DNA from: Alphaproteobacteria bacterium
Lineage (GTDB): Bacteria > Pseudomonadota > Alphaproteobacteria > Rs-D84
Reading direction: 5' to 3'
NCBI GenBank assembly: GCA_017524525.1
Contig: JAFXVM010000014.1
Coordinates: forward strand, 5,680-69,679
DNA: 64,000 nt
Below, piece after piece: positions 51,511-61,589 of the stretch. The position numbers and the translations under genes are program-made. Each line of letters begins with the position of its first letter. Positions within the stretch are counted from its first letter, which is position 1. The notes under the pieces were generated by a model. That model was not told the DNA's origin. It was given only the letters and a program-made list of their open reading frames with translations, and ran no database searches.

Positions 51511-51846
51511 TTATTTTGTTAAAAAACGTTGCTTTATACGATAAAATAAATTTGTTTTGTGTATATGATATGCTATCGTTTTTGGGGTGTTTAAATCTTT
51601 GCATAACGCAACACAAAATTCATCCAAAGTCATAAGTTTATTAAATGCTTTTTCGTTTTTTATATTTACACTTTTTCTGTATTCAATTTGTAAAACGAGT
51701 TCTTGCAAATCGTATTCATCAAACCCCAAGTCATATTTAAGGCTGGCACTTGGCACAATATCTTTTTCAGATATGTGTTTGAAAATATCTAAATGTAATA
51801 AGATGTTTTTCACGGTATCGAAAATTTCTTGTTTTGAATATGTCAT
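51511..51846 (-). CDS. ACP-like protein lacking the phosphopantetheine-attachment serine
   Basis: YDLGFDEYDLQELVLQIE aligns with the ACP helix II motif D-L-G-x-D-S-L-D-x-V-E-L-V, but has E where the Ser is expected. Confidence 0.5.
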   Translation of the reverse strand: MTYSKQEIFDTVKNILLHLDIFKHISEKDIVPSASLKYDLGFDEYDLQELVLQIEYRKSVNIKNEKAFNKLMTLDEFCVALCKDLNTPKTIAYHIHKTNLFYRIKQRFLTK

Positions 51847-51861
51847 ATTATTTCACCTTTT

Positions 51862-52152
51862 TTATCTTGTGCGCGGTGTGCCATTGGAAGCAACTTTGTG
51901 TGAAAACCATTTGTAAAAATCATTAACAGTTTGTAATTTAGAATAATTTTCATCCAAAATCGCAACATTATATTTTTGTTCTAATTCGTATGTAATTCCC
52001 ACTATGTCTAAACTGTCTAAGTTTAAATCTTCATGTAAATAAGTCTTTGGAGATATAACCATATTTGGTTTTACATCATAATCAGTAAGATTATACAAAG
52101 CCCTTTTGAAAGCAATGTAAAATTCAGATTCAGAAAGAATGTTTTTTCTCAT
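51862..52152 (-). CDS. acyl carrier protein (AcpXL-like, canonical DSL motif)
   Basis: HEDLNLDSLDIVGITYELEQKYNV, 96 aa. Confidence 0.65.
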   Translation of the reverse strand: MRKNILSESEFYIAFKRALYNLTDYDVKPNMVISPKTYLHEDLNLDSLDIVGITYELEQKYNVAILDENYSKLQTVNDFYKWFSHKVASNGTPRTR

Positions 52153-52170
52153 TTTTTATCCTTTATGATT

Positions 52171-53040
52171 TTATTTTTGCAAAGCATTAATAATAACACT
52201 TTGTAAAACATTTAATTCGACGGCTTGAATAGATTTTTCATTGAATTGTTTTGTTATTTCATCATGCGCGCTTTTAAGGTATTCAGGACACTTTGAAATG
52301 TTCACCACACATCCATCATAAACCATAAAAATTGGGCGATAAGGCACATTGTAAGAATTGTCTAAAACTATACCAAAATCAACCAAAGATAAAACAGTTG
52401 GCAAATTATTTAAACTGTTTTGATAACGTCGTATAATTGTATCAGCAGGAACATCATGTCCACCCATTTGAACACGCCGTTGAACGCGTGCAACACTTAA
52501 TTCAGGTCTATAAACATATGGATGAATACTGTAAATTTTATATCCATATTCATTTTTTGCGCGTTTTAAAAGTCTTTGTGGAAAATGTCCAGAACCAGTC
52601 GTTTCATATATAAAATTTTGGCCGTGTTCCAAAGAATAATTAATTTCACCAACTGTTTGTATACCTGCTTCTTGTTGCAAAGCAAATTCTATTAATTTTT
52701 GTTGATGTAATAATTCTTCTAACTCTTTTTCTGTTTTTTCTTTGTTTAAAAGCGTCAGTTTTTCTGCGATTTCTTTTTGTTTTGCAGATATATCATATTT
52801 TATATTTTGTAATCTTTGGACATTTGTTGGCTTGGACGCGATATTAGCAAATTTAATGTCTTGGTTAATAAATACAGCATCTTGGAATAAAGCACTTTCT
52901 CTTATGGAATAATTAAAGTTGATAAAAACAGCGTCTCTAAACAAAACATTACCTTTTATAATATGGTTATAAAAAGTAGTTTTACCGGCGCCATTTGGTC
53001 CGGAAATAAGCACAAGATAAGGTTGTTTGTTGTCTGTCAT
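52171..53040 (-). CDS. zeta-toxin-like P-loop kinase/ATPase (COG4185-like) with an internal duplication and a coiled-coil insertion
   Basis: Walker A LISGPNGAGKTTF, FIYETTGSG, and C-terminal RVQRRVQMGGHDVPADTIIRRYQNSLNNL, typical of the zeta/PezT-like family. Confidence 0.6.
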   Translation of the reverse strand: MTDNKQPYLVLISGPNGAGKTTFYNHIIKGNVLFRDAVFINFNYSIRESALFQDAVFINQDIKFANIASKPTNVQRLQNIKYDISAKQKEIAEKLTLLNKEKTEKELEELLHQQKLIEFALQQEAGIQTVGEINYSLEHGQNFIYETTGSGHFPQRLLKRAKNEYGYKIYSIHPYVYRPELSVARVQRRVQMGGHDVPADTIIRRYQNSLNNLPTVLSLVDFGIVLDNSYNVPYRPIFMVYDGCVVNISKCPEYLKSAHDEITKQFNEKSIQAVELNVLQSVIINALQK

Positions 53041-53072
53041 ATATACCTGCTGTTATTAATTTGTTGAAAGTC

Positions 53073-53100
53073 ATTATAGACTGTATTTTTCTTTTGTCAA
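53073..53100 (-). promoter_or_regulatory. sigma70-type promoter of the kinase-ACP operon
   Basis: Minus strand reads TTGACA, 16-nt spacer, TATAAT. Confidence 0.5.
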
Positions 53101-53170
53101 TATTTTTATTGTGTGGGCAGGTGTCTCTTAAGAAAAAGAAAAACGGCATCTCTCGATACCGTTGTTATTC

Positions 53171-53246
53171 TGGTGGAGCTGATCAGGCTCGAACTGACGA
53201 CCCCCTGCTTGCAAAGCAGGTGCTCTACCAACTGAGCTACAACCCC
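53171..53246 (-). tRNA. tRNA-Ala (anticodon UGC), CCA encoded
   Basis: Reverse complement is GGGGTTGTAGCTCAGTTGGTAGAGCACCTGCTTTGCAAGCAGGGGGTCGTCAGTTCGAGCCTGATCAGCTCCACCA. G3:U70 present, anticodon loop TTTGCAA. Confidence 0.95.
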
Positions 53247-53410
53247 AGAACTTTGCCACTTTCATTTGAAAGCGAAGTCATTTTATTAGTTTATCAAGAA
53301 AAAGTCAAGACTTTTAATAATTTTTTCTTGTTTTTTTGTTTTTTGTATTATAGAATCACAGTCAACATTAACAAACAAAATACAAATTCGCCAAAGGGGG
53401 TGAATACATA

Positions 53411-53617
53411 ATGGTTAAAGTTTTGGTCCGTGATAATAACGTTGAACAGGCTTTGCGCGTTGCAAAACGTAAATCTCAAAAAGAAGGCCTTTATCGCGAA
53501 ATGAAAGAACGTCAACGTTACGAAAAACCAACTACTAAACGTAAACGTTTAAAAGAAGAAGCGGTTCGTAACGAAAAGAAACGTCAATCTAAACAACGTA
53601 TGGTTTTCGGTTTCTAA
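53411..53617 (+). CDS. rpsU: 30S ribosomal protein S21
   Basis: [40 protein letters not shown]... Confidence 0.9.
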   Translation: MVKVLVRDNNVEQALRVAKRKSQKEGLYREMKERQRYEKPTTKRKRLKEEAVRNEKKRQSKQRMVFGF

Positions 53618-53647
53618 TAAATATTGAATTAAAAAAAGACCGCCGAT

Positions 53648-54025
53648 TTAGGCGGTTTTTTGTTTTTGATTATTTGCTGTGGCATAATTTCTTAGTCTGT
53701 TCATCAAATCCAGCATCTTTTTTTCGCTATCTTCATCAATTTGAATTTCAGAATTTTCATTTGCACCGATTCCCCCGTACATAACAACAGCGTAATCTAT
53801 ATTTGTTGCTCTTAAAATATCACGCAAACCAGCACCGGCGGCGGCCCCAGTATAAGAAAAGCCAACGGCTGTCCCGCCTTCGGGGCGACTAAGTTTTGTA
53901 GAAAAAGAAAATGTTTCTGTTTTTAATGATTTTTGTAAATCATTAAACATGCGCGCAACATCGGCAGTAGTTAATTTTTGTTGTCTCCTAAGTGCTTTGT
54001 TTTCAAATGTTTCTGGTTGGCTCAT
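53648..54025 (-). CDS. hypothetical protein
   Basis: ORF with a plausible context. No motif recognised. Confidence 0.4.
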   Translation of the reverse strand: MSQPETFENKALRRQQKLTTADVARMFNDLQKSLKTETFSFSTKLSRPEGGTAVGFSYTGAAAGAGLRDILRATNIDYAVVMYGGIGANENSEIQIDEDSEKKMLDLMNRLRNYATANNQKQKTA

Positions 54026-54132
54026 TTATTTTAATCCTTTTGTTTTGGGGTGATTGTAATATAAAAACTTGAAAAATAAAGGTTTTTTTCTTGTTTTATT
54101 TTTATAAATGTTTTATTCTTTGGCTGACAAAA

Positions 54133-56382
54133 ATGGAAAGAGTTATGAGAAAAGCAGAAAACGTAAAAGAAAACATATCTGGCCAACAATTATCAGAAGC
54201 ATTGTCTGAACGATACCTGTCTTACGCGGTCAGTACTATCGTAGCGCGTGCGTTGCCTGATGTCAGGGATGGTTTAAAACCTGTGCATCGTCGTATTTTA
54301 TATTCTATGTTGCGCCAAAAATTATCGCCAAATGCCGCTTTTCGTAAGTGTGCAACGGTTGTTGGTGATGTGTTGGGACACTATCATCCGCATGGGGATT
54401 CTTCGGTTTACGATGCAATGGTAAGATTGGCCCAAGATTTTTCTGTTCGTTATCCATTGATTGATGGCCAAGGAAACTTTGGAAATATTGATGGTGATCC
54501 CCAGGCTGCATATCGTTATACAGAATCTAAAATGACGGCTGCAGCAATGCTGATTATGGAAGGTATTGACGAAGACAGCGTTGATATGATGCCGAACTTT
54601 GATGGAACAACGGTTGAACCGACTGTGATGCCGGGTGCTTTTCCAAATTTGTTGGCAAATGGTGGTATGGGAATTGCTGTGGGTATGGCGACCAATATTC
54701 CAACGCATAATGTGTCAGAAATTATGGATGCGCTGAATTTGGTTGTTGATAAACCTGACGCCAGTACTGAACAAATCATGAAAAAATTGGTTGGGCCAGA
54801 TTTTCCAACAGGTGGTGTGCTGATTGATGATTTTGCGACAATATGTAAAAATTATGACAACGGTCGCGGTGCTTTCCGTATACGCGCCAAATGGGAAGTT
54901 GAAAAATTAGAACGTGGCGCAGAACAGGTTGTTATTACTGAAATTCCGTATGGCATAGTAAAATCTAAATTGGTTGAACAAATTGCGGATTTAATAGATT
55001 CTAAAAAATTACCATTGGTTGAAGATATTGCGGATGAATCTACAACTGATGTCCGTATTGTAATCACACCTAAAAGCCGTAATATTCCAATTGATAAAAT
55101 GATGGCACATCTGTTTGCGATGACAGATCTTGAATATAAATTCAATATGAATTTTAATGTCGTAGATTCGAACGGTGCGCCGCGTGTAATGCCAATTGGT
55201 GATGTGTTGCGTGAATTTATTGCGCACCAAAAAAACGTCTTGTTGCGTCGTACTAAATGGCGTTTGAACAATATTGAAAGACGATTGGAAATTTTGGGTG
55301 GATTATTAATAGTATATTTGAATTTGGACAGGGTTATTGAAATCATAAGAACTGAAGACGATCCAAAGGCTGTATTAATGGCTGAATTTCAATTAACAGA
55401 AATCCAAGTCGAAGCAATTTTGAATACACGCCTGCGCAGTCTTCGTAAATTGGAAGAAATGGAAATAAGACGCGAAGACAAAGAATTGCGCGCAGAGAAA
55501 GATAAATTACAGGCATTATTGGAAAGCGAAGAAATTCAAAACGCACAATTACATGCATGGTTTGACGATATTAAAAAACAATATGCGAAAACAACTGCGC
55601 TGGGGCGTCGTCGCACTCAATGGGCGCCAGTTGGCGAAGAAATCGCTGTTAATGCAGATGATTTTATTGAAAAAGAACCAATTACAATCGTGTTGTCCAC
55701 AATGGGGTGGATACGCGCAGCCAAGGGTCACTTGGATTTGAATAATCTGGATATGAAATTCAAAGAAGGTGATGAATTACAATATGCTTTCCACGCCCAA
55801 ACAACAGATAAAATCAATTTGTTTGGCAGTGGCGGAAAAATGTTCACATTGTCGGCGAATGATTTGCCGTCTGCGCGTGGTTTTGGTGAATCTGTGCGCA
55901 TGATGGCTGATATTGGTGCCGAAGAAACAATTGTAAAGGCGTTTGTATTGGATACATCTGCGAAATATCTGGTTGTTGGACGTCATGGTACAGGGTTTAT
56001 CGTGGCGGGTGAAAATTGTGTCGCCCAAACCAAAAGTGGTAAACAGATTATGAACGTTGACGACAGAAATCCAGCAGTATTATGCGTTCGCGTGGATGGT
56101 GATATGGTCGCACTTTCTGGTTCAAACGATAAATTGTTAATATTTGAATCAAATCAAATTCCAGAAATGTCGCGTGGCAAGGGGGTAATCTTGCAAAAAT
56201 ATAACGCAGAACGCACATATACAATCGATGCGATGTTCTTTAATCGTGCAGATGGTTTTGGTTGGACAACTGGACGCGGTACAACCAAATTGGACGATAT
56301 GACACCATGGCTGGCAAAAAGGGCAAGTCAAGGTCATACAATCCCCGTCGGTTTCCCCAGAAGTGGTAAATTTGGGAAATAA
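54133..56382 (+). CDS. parC: DNA topoisomerase IV subunit A
   Basis: [31 protein letters not shown], catalytic AAYRYTE, about 750 aa, and no GyrA box. Start is uncertain (54133 or 54145). Confidence 0.8.
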   Translation: MERVMRKAENVKENISGQQLSEALSERYLSYAVSTIVARALPDVRDGLKPVHRRILYSMLRQKLSPNAAFRKCATVVGDVLGHYHPHGDSSVYDAMVRLAQDFSVRYPLIDGQGNFGNIDGDPQAAYRYTESKMTAAAMLIMEGIDEDSVDMMPNFDGTTVEPTVMPGAFPNLLANGGMGIAVGMATNIPTHNVSEIMDALNLVVDKPDASTEQIMKKLVGPDFPTGGVLIDDFATICKNYDNGRGAFRIRAKWEVEKLERGAEQVVITEIPYGIVKSKLVEQIADLIDSKKLPLVEDIADESTTDVRIVITPKSRNIPIDKMMAHLFAMTDLEYKFNMNFNVVDSNGAPRVMPIGDVLREFIAHQKNVLLRRTKWRLNNIERRLEILGGLLIVYLNLDRVIEIIRTEDDPKAVLMAEFQLTEIQVEAILNTRLRSLRKLEEMEIRREDKELRAEKDKLQALLESEEIQNAQLHAWFDDIKKQYAKTTALGRRRTQWAPVGEEIAVNADDFIEKEPITIVLSTMGWIRAAKGHLDLNNLDMKFKEGDELQYAFHAQTTDKINLFGSGGKMFTLSANDLPSARGFGESVRMMADIGAEETIVKAFVLDTSAKYLVVGRHGTGFIVAGENCVAQTKSGKQIMNVDDRNPAVLCVRVDGDMVALSGSNDKLLIFESNQIPEMSRGKGVILQKYNAERTYTIDAMFFNRADGFGWTTGRGTTKLDDMTPWLAKRASQGHTIPVGFPRSGKFGK

Positions 56383-56463
56383 TGTTGTGAATTTTTGGAT
56401 TAAAAAGGAAAAATAAAAAAACACCCGCAATTGCGGGTGTTAAATCTTTGTAAAACAAAACCA

Positions 56464-56643
56464 TTAGTGAGGCATTTTTGCTTCTGTAAATGTTTCATGT
56501 TTACGAGTTTTTTTGTCGTATTTACGGAAAGACATTTTACCCTGAGTGTTTTCAGATTTTGTATTTTTTGTTGTTGTATAGTAAGTGCCGGTTGCTTTGT
56601 TAACCAGTTTAATTACTTCTTTGCTACCTTTTTTAGATGCCAT
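56464..56643 (-). CDS. rpmG: 50S ribosomal protein L33 (59 aa, not in the track)
   Basis: Hand translation gives MASKKGSKEVIKLVNKATGTYYTTTKNTKSENTQGKMSFRKYDKKTRKHETFTEAKMPH*. Confidence 0.85.
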   Translation of the reverse strand: MASKKGSKEVIKLVNKATGTYYTTTKNTKSENTQGKMSFRKYDKKTRKHETFTEAKMPH

Positions 56644-56766
56644 TTTTATCGCCTTTTGTTATTTACTGCGTCCATTTTATGTTATATTTTACTGAAAATC
56701 AAGTTTTTTTTATAAATAGAGTATTTTTTGTTTGGTTCAGTATGCTTTTTGTGATACAATACTGGC

Positions 56767-56832
56767 ATCGGTTGTGTGGGAAAGTTTCTTTCCTTCCTAT
56801 AAAAAGCCCCTGTGTGTGGGGCTTTTTGTATT
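56767..56832 (+). ncRNA. candidate small RNA (promoter plus hairpins plus terminator, no ORF)
   Basis: TTGGTT (56732), 17-nt spacer, TACAAT (56755) with an upstream TG. Then gggaaag-ttt-ctttcc and the terminator agcccc-tgtgtgt-ggggct followed by a T-run. Confidence 0.2.
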
Positions 56833-56834
56833 TT

Positions 56835-58133
56835 TTAGTTCTTTTTTAATATGTCTCCTGATTTTATGTATTCTGGGGAATCTTTCTTAGACTTTTTTTG
56901 TGCTAATTTTGCGTATTTTTTTGCGTTCTTGGCATCGTTATTCATATTATAAAATTCTGCCATCGCCCAATCTGCAACACCGCCATCACTTACGCGCGCC
57001 AATATCCAATAAGCAAGGGGGGCAGGGGCTTGTAAAATCACGCGTTTGCAAAGTTCAGTTGCACGTTCTGTATCGCCCGGCTTTTTGCGTTCGCTAAGGA
57101 CCAAAGCCAAAGCGGTTTCAATCTGTGGTGCATTTTTTGCGAGGTTCAAACTTTTTTCATAAGCATTTACACTGTCATCGTATGCGCCAAATTGATATTC
57201 TATGTCGCCCAAAAGTTCATAAAAATAAGGATTGTTTGGGTTGCTGTTAATCAGCGTTTGCGTCCCTGTCTTTGCAGTTTTTAAATCACCAGCCCGCATA
57301 TTCGCAATAGCCCGTGCATAAACTGCTGCATCAGATTTATTTGAATACGGATATTGTGTAATCACATTTTTGTCTGTATTTAAATAGCCAATTAACTTTG
57401 CACGCAGCATTTCATATTCGCTGTTTTCGCGTGCAACAACAGATGCCGGTTTCTTTGGAATTTTTTTTAATTTCCCGATTTTTGCCTTTGCGTTGTTTAT
57501 GCGTTCCCCAGTCAACGGGTGATTGATACGGCTAGGATTAACTTTTTTTTCAAATTCGCCAGTTATATCGCGCATCTGTTCAAAGACCTCTATTAAACCA
57601 TTGGGGTCTTGGTTCGCCTTTGTCATCAAATCAACAGCCATATCATCAGCCATCCTTTCTTCGTCCCTTGAAAAAGAAAGCAAAGATTGTTGTGCAATAC
57701 CGCTGGCGCCTGCCATCACACCCATTCCAGCGTTTGGATTGCCACCCGCAACCATTAAACCAACGCCCAGTGCTTGAATAATCATAGTGCGTACCATTTC
57801 ATCATGCATACGCGCTGATATTTGAACCATGTGTCCGCCGATAGTGTGTCCCAATTCGTGTGCCACCACCGCCCGCAAAGCATTAGGATTTTTAATTTGT
57901 TTAAGTAATCCTGTGTAAACAAAGACATCTTCGCCACCACGAACAAACGCGTTAAAATCATCATCATTTACAATGTAAACTTTCAACCTTTTTTCAGGAA
58001 TATCAGCAGCGCGCGCCACAGGCAAAATTATTTCAGTAATTTTGTTTTCTAATTCTGTATCGTTAATAAGGGTTGCTGCGTTCGCATTGAACGCCAAGAA
58101 AACAGAAAACAAAATTGCAAATATTTTTTTCAA
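56835..58133 (-). CDS. M48 family metalloprotease with C-terminal TPR repeats (BepA/YfgC-like)
   Basis: Signal peptide, HELGHTIGGH zinc motif, and TPR-like C-terminal half. Confidence 0.8.
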   Translation of the reverse strand: MKKIFAILFSVFLAFNANAATLINDTELENKITEIILPVARAADIPEKRLKVYIVNDDDFNAFVRGGEDVFVYTGLLKQIKNPNALRAVVAHELGHTIGGHMVQISARMHDEMVRTMIIQALGVGLMVAGGNPNAGMGVMAGASGIAQQSLLSFSRDEERMADDMAVDLMTKANQDPNGLIEVFEQMRDITGEFEKKVNPSRINHPLTGERINNAKAKIGKLKKIPKKPASVVARENSEYEMLRAKLIGYLNTDKNVITQYPYSNKSDAAVYARAIANMRAGDLKTAKTGTQTLINSNPNNPYFYELLGDIEYQFGAYDDSVNAYEKSLNLAKNAPQIETALALVLSERKKPGDTERATELCKRVILQAPAPLAYWILARVSDGGVADWAMAEFYNMNNDAKNAKKYAKLAQKKSKKDSPEYIKSGDILKKN

Positions 58134-60200
58134 CTATGCCCCCGCTATTGTAGAACAATCAAATATTGCACGCAGTTGTTTCGCCCAATTATTTTTTGCA
58201 ATATTATCATCCATCGAAGCACTTTGTGCCAATTTGAATAAATCCCTGTGTTCGCGATAGTTTACAAAATAATATTGTATCCAACCACTTTGCTTGGTAC
58301 CTAATAATTCGCCAACGCCACGCATCATTAAATCTTGTTCAGCGATAACAAAACCGTCTTCTGTTTCGCACAAAACATCCAATCTTTTTAACCCATCAGG
58401 CGAAATATTGTTTCCATAAAGTAAAATACAATAAGATTGTTTAGAACCGCGTCCCACGCGTCCGCGCAATTGATGCAGGGCAGCCAAACCAAATCGTTCA
58501 GCGTTTTCGATAACCATAATTGTTGCAGACGGAACATCAATACCAACCTCTATCACAGTAGTCGAAACCAGAACACGCATCTTTGAATTTTCATCTGCGA
58601 ATTCTTCCATAACTTTATCGCGCGCTTTTTTATCCATCTGTCCGTGGCAAAGACCAGAGCCAGGAAAATATTTATTTAATTCTTCAAATCGCGATTGAGC
58701 AGCAGTCATATCTATGTTTTCAGATTCTTCGACCAATGGACAGACCCAAAAAACCTTTGCTCCATTTTTAATCTGTGGTGCAATTCTTTCAATCAAAGCC
58801 TTGGCACGTTCCATTGGTAATTTAGTTGTTTTAATTGGCAATCTGCCCGCAGGTTTTTCATTTATTATCGAAACATCCATATCACCATACACAGTCATAG
58901 AAAGCGTTCGTGGTATCGGTGTCGCAGACAAAGCCAGCATATCAGGATTATTACCCTTGCTTCGCATAGCGGTTCTCTGTGCTACGCCAAATCTGTGTTG
59001 TTCGTCAATCACAACCAATCCTAAATCTTTGTAAATAACATCTTCGCTGAACAAAGCGTGTGTTCCAATTGCAATTTTTGTTCGCCCTGATTTCAAAGAA
59101 ATTAATTTTTCGCGGCGCGCCACACCTTTGTCGCGACCAGTTAAAACATCACATACCAAACCGAATTTATCGCACAATGGTTTTATTTTTGCAAAATGTT
59201 GCTGTGCCAAAGTGTCAGTTGGGGCCAGCAATACAGATTGTGCGCCAGTTTCCGCCATCTTTATCATCGCGCCACATGCAACCATAGTTTTTCCAGAACC
59301 AACATCACCTTGGACCAAACGCATCATCGGGACAGGGCGGGCAAAATCTGCAAATATTTCATCAATAGCCCTTTGTTGAGCACTTGTTAATTTAAACGGC
59401 AAAGATTCATAAAACTTATTGATTAAATCATATTTTTTTGCGCGCAACTGTCGCATATTAACTTGCGCTTTGCGTAAGTTTCGATTGATAGCAATCGCGC
59501 TTTGGTGGGCAAACAATTCGCAATACGCCAGTTTCGCAACGAAAGTAGAATTTGGTGCCAAATCATCATTGCTTTCTGGATAATGTACATGTTCCAACGC
59601 GTCTAGAAATTCCAGCAAATTTTCACTGGTGTTATTCGCATTTATGCGTTCATGAATTATCTTGAAAATTTGGTCGCGAACATTTGAAAAAGTTTTTTGC
59701 GTTAAACCTTCGCCAGATGGATAAATCGCCTGGTGTGCCGGAATCTTGGTGGCATTTTCAGGTGTTTCTATGAAGTCAGGATGATTAATAATCGCGCCAT
59801 CTCGATTTGAAAAATCGAGTTTTCCACTAACTATGCGCCAACTGCCAATTGGCAATTTTTCCATCCAATAATCAAGAAATTTCACATTAAAAAATTGTAT
59901 CGTCAACGGTGCAGATAATTTATCAGCACAAACAATTTGACTGGGGCGCCTGCGACCTTTGAATACACCGCCACGTTTATGAGATTTTACCATAACAGAA
60001 ATAGTAATCGTATCGCCAGCCTTGGCTTCCATCACAGAATCGAGTATTTCGCGTGGCCGCACATAAGACGGAATATGCAACAAAAAATCAAGCACGCGCC
60101 GTCCACCCAAAACATCATTAAACTTTGATGCCAATACGGGTCCCACGCCGTGAATAAATTGCAAATCAGTATTAAAAAAATCAAAAACTTCTTTGTCCAT
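58134..60200 (-). CDS. recG: ATP-dependent DNA helicase RecG
   Basis: Wedge domain, GDVGSGKT, DEQHRFG, and a C-terminal TRG region. Confidence 0.9.
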   Translation of the reverse strand: MDKEVFDFFNTDLQFIHGVGPVLASKFNDVLGGRRVLDFLLHIPSYVRPREILDSVMEAKAGDTITISVMVKSHKRGGVFKGRRRPSQIVCADKLSAPLTIQFFNVKFLDYWMEKLPIGSWRIVSGKLDFSNRDGAIINHPDFIETPENATKIPAHQAIYPSGEGLTQKTFSNVRDQIFKIIHERINANNTSENLLEFLDALEHVHYPESNDDLAPNSTFVAKLAYCELFAHQSAIAINRNLRKAQVNMRQLRAKKYDLINKFYESLPFKLTSAQQRAIDEIFADFARPVPMMRLVQGDVGSGKTMVACGAMIKMAETGAQSVLLAPTDTLAQQHFAKIKPLCDKFGLVCDVLTGRDKGVARREKLISLKSGRTKIAIGTHALFSEDVIYKDLGLVVIDEQHRFGVAQRTAMRSKGNNPDMLALSATPIPRTLSMTVYGDMDVSIINEKPAGRLPIKTTKLPMERAKALIERIAPQIKNGAKVFWVCPLVEESENIDMTAAQSRFEELNKYFPGSGLCHGQMDKKARDKVMEEFADENSKMRVLVSTTVIEVGIDVPSATIMVIENAERFGLAALHQLRGRVGRGSKQSYCILLYGNNISPDGLKRLDVLCETEDGFVIAEQDLMMRGVGELLGTKQSGWIQYYFVNYREHRDLFKLAQSASMDDNIAKNNWAKQLRAIFDCSTIAGA

Positions 60201-60281
60201 GCCATGAACATAGCAAATTTTTATAATTTATTCCAATAAAAAACTGACGCGGTTGCGTCAGTTTTTTCTATCAAATATTTT

Positions 60282-61526
60282 TTATTTATTTGCAAATGAA
60301 TAATCCATTTTCAAATGGTCGGCATCATAAGTGCCGTTCATGATTGCAATAGTATCTTCTACGATAACCAATTCTTCGTTTGTAGCAATCATAAATATTT
60401 TAACCTTGGAATCAGGTGTGCTGATAACCGCTTCATCAACACCTTTGCGTGCCAGGGCGTTTTTGTTGGCCTCTATATCTAATTTAACGCCCAATTCTTC
60501 CAAGCCACTGCAGAATTGTTCGCGCAAATAGTCGTCGTTTTCACCAACACCCGCTGTGAATACAATTGCATCAGTATGGCCCAATTCAGCCATAAATGCA
60601 CCAATGTATTTTTTGACTGTGTGAACTTCCATATCTATTGCCAATCTGCACAAAGGATTTTCGTCTTTGTTAGATTCAACATCACGACGGTCAGCAAAAC
60701 ATTGTGTCACGCCCATCAACCCAGAATCTTTGTTCAAATGTTTTGTCATTTGTGCTGGACTTAAATTCAATTTTTCCATTACATAGAACATTGCTGCGGC
60801 ATCAACATCGCCCGGACGCGTTCCCATAACCAACCCAGCAGTTGGTGTCATACCCAAAGTAGTATCTACTGCGCGACCATTTCTAATTGCAACCCCAGAC
60901 GCCCCAGAACCAATGTGCATAGTAATTAAATTGCATTTATCGGCTGGTTTGCCCAACATTGCCGCCGCACGTTTAGAAACATACAAATGAGAAGTTCCAT
61001 GGAAACCATAACGACGCACGCCTAAATTTTTATACCATGCTTCTGGAATCGCATAACGATAAGAACTTTCTGGCATAGTCTGCAAGAACGCAGTATCAAA
61101 AACCGCAACTTGTTTTGCGTTTGGCAACATTTGACGTGCGCTTTCAATTCCCATCAATGACGCGGGAATATGCAAAGGCATCAAATCTTTCCAATTAGCA
61201 ATTTCGTGCATAACTTCATCATCAATTTCCACAGATGAAGCAAATCTAGAACCACCCATAACAACACGATGTCCAACGCCGCCGATTTCGTTCATATCAA
61301 TAGACGCTTCGCGTAACATGTTCATAACGACACCCAATGCTTCGTTGTGGTTTTTCATTTCGACGGCTCTTTTGTCCTTTTTTCCGTCAGGATATTTTTG
61401 AGTAATGAAAGAATCAGGTAAACCGATTTTTTCAACATTTCCACCAACGATAACCTTTTTACTATCTGCATCAAACACCTGATATTTCAGGGAAGACGAA
61501 CCACAATTCAAAGCAAGTATGTACAT
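60282..61526 (-). CDS. ackA: acetate kinase
   Basis: MYILALNCGSSSLKYQVFD, FHGTSH and ITMHIGSGAS. Start is at M17 of the track ORF. Confidence 0.9.
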   Translation of the reverse strand: MYILALNCGSSSLKYQVFDADSKKVIVGGNVEKIGLPDSFITQKYPDGKKDKRAVEMKNHNEALGVVMNMLREASIDMNEIGGVGHRVVMGGSRFASSVEIDDEVMHEIANWKDLMPLHIPASLMGIESARQMLPNAKQVAVFDTAFLQTMPESSYRYAIPEAWYKNLGVRRYGFHGTSHLYVSKRAAAMLGKPADKCNLITMHIGSGASGVAIRNGRAVDTTLGMTPTAGLVMGTRPGDVDAAAMFYVMEKLNLSPAQMTKHLNKDSGLMGVTQCFADRRDVESNKDENPLCRLAIDMEVHTVKKYIGAFMAELGHTDAIVFTAGVGENDDYLREQFCSGLEELGVKLDIEANKNALARKGVDEAVISTPDSKVKIFMIATNEELVIVEDTIAIMNGTYDADHLKMDYSFANK

Positions 61527-61589
61527 ATTAAATCCTTTTTTCTTGGTTTCCTTTGACGTCAACCACGATAGCAAATAAATTTACAGGTT

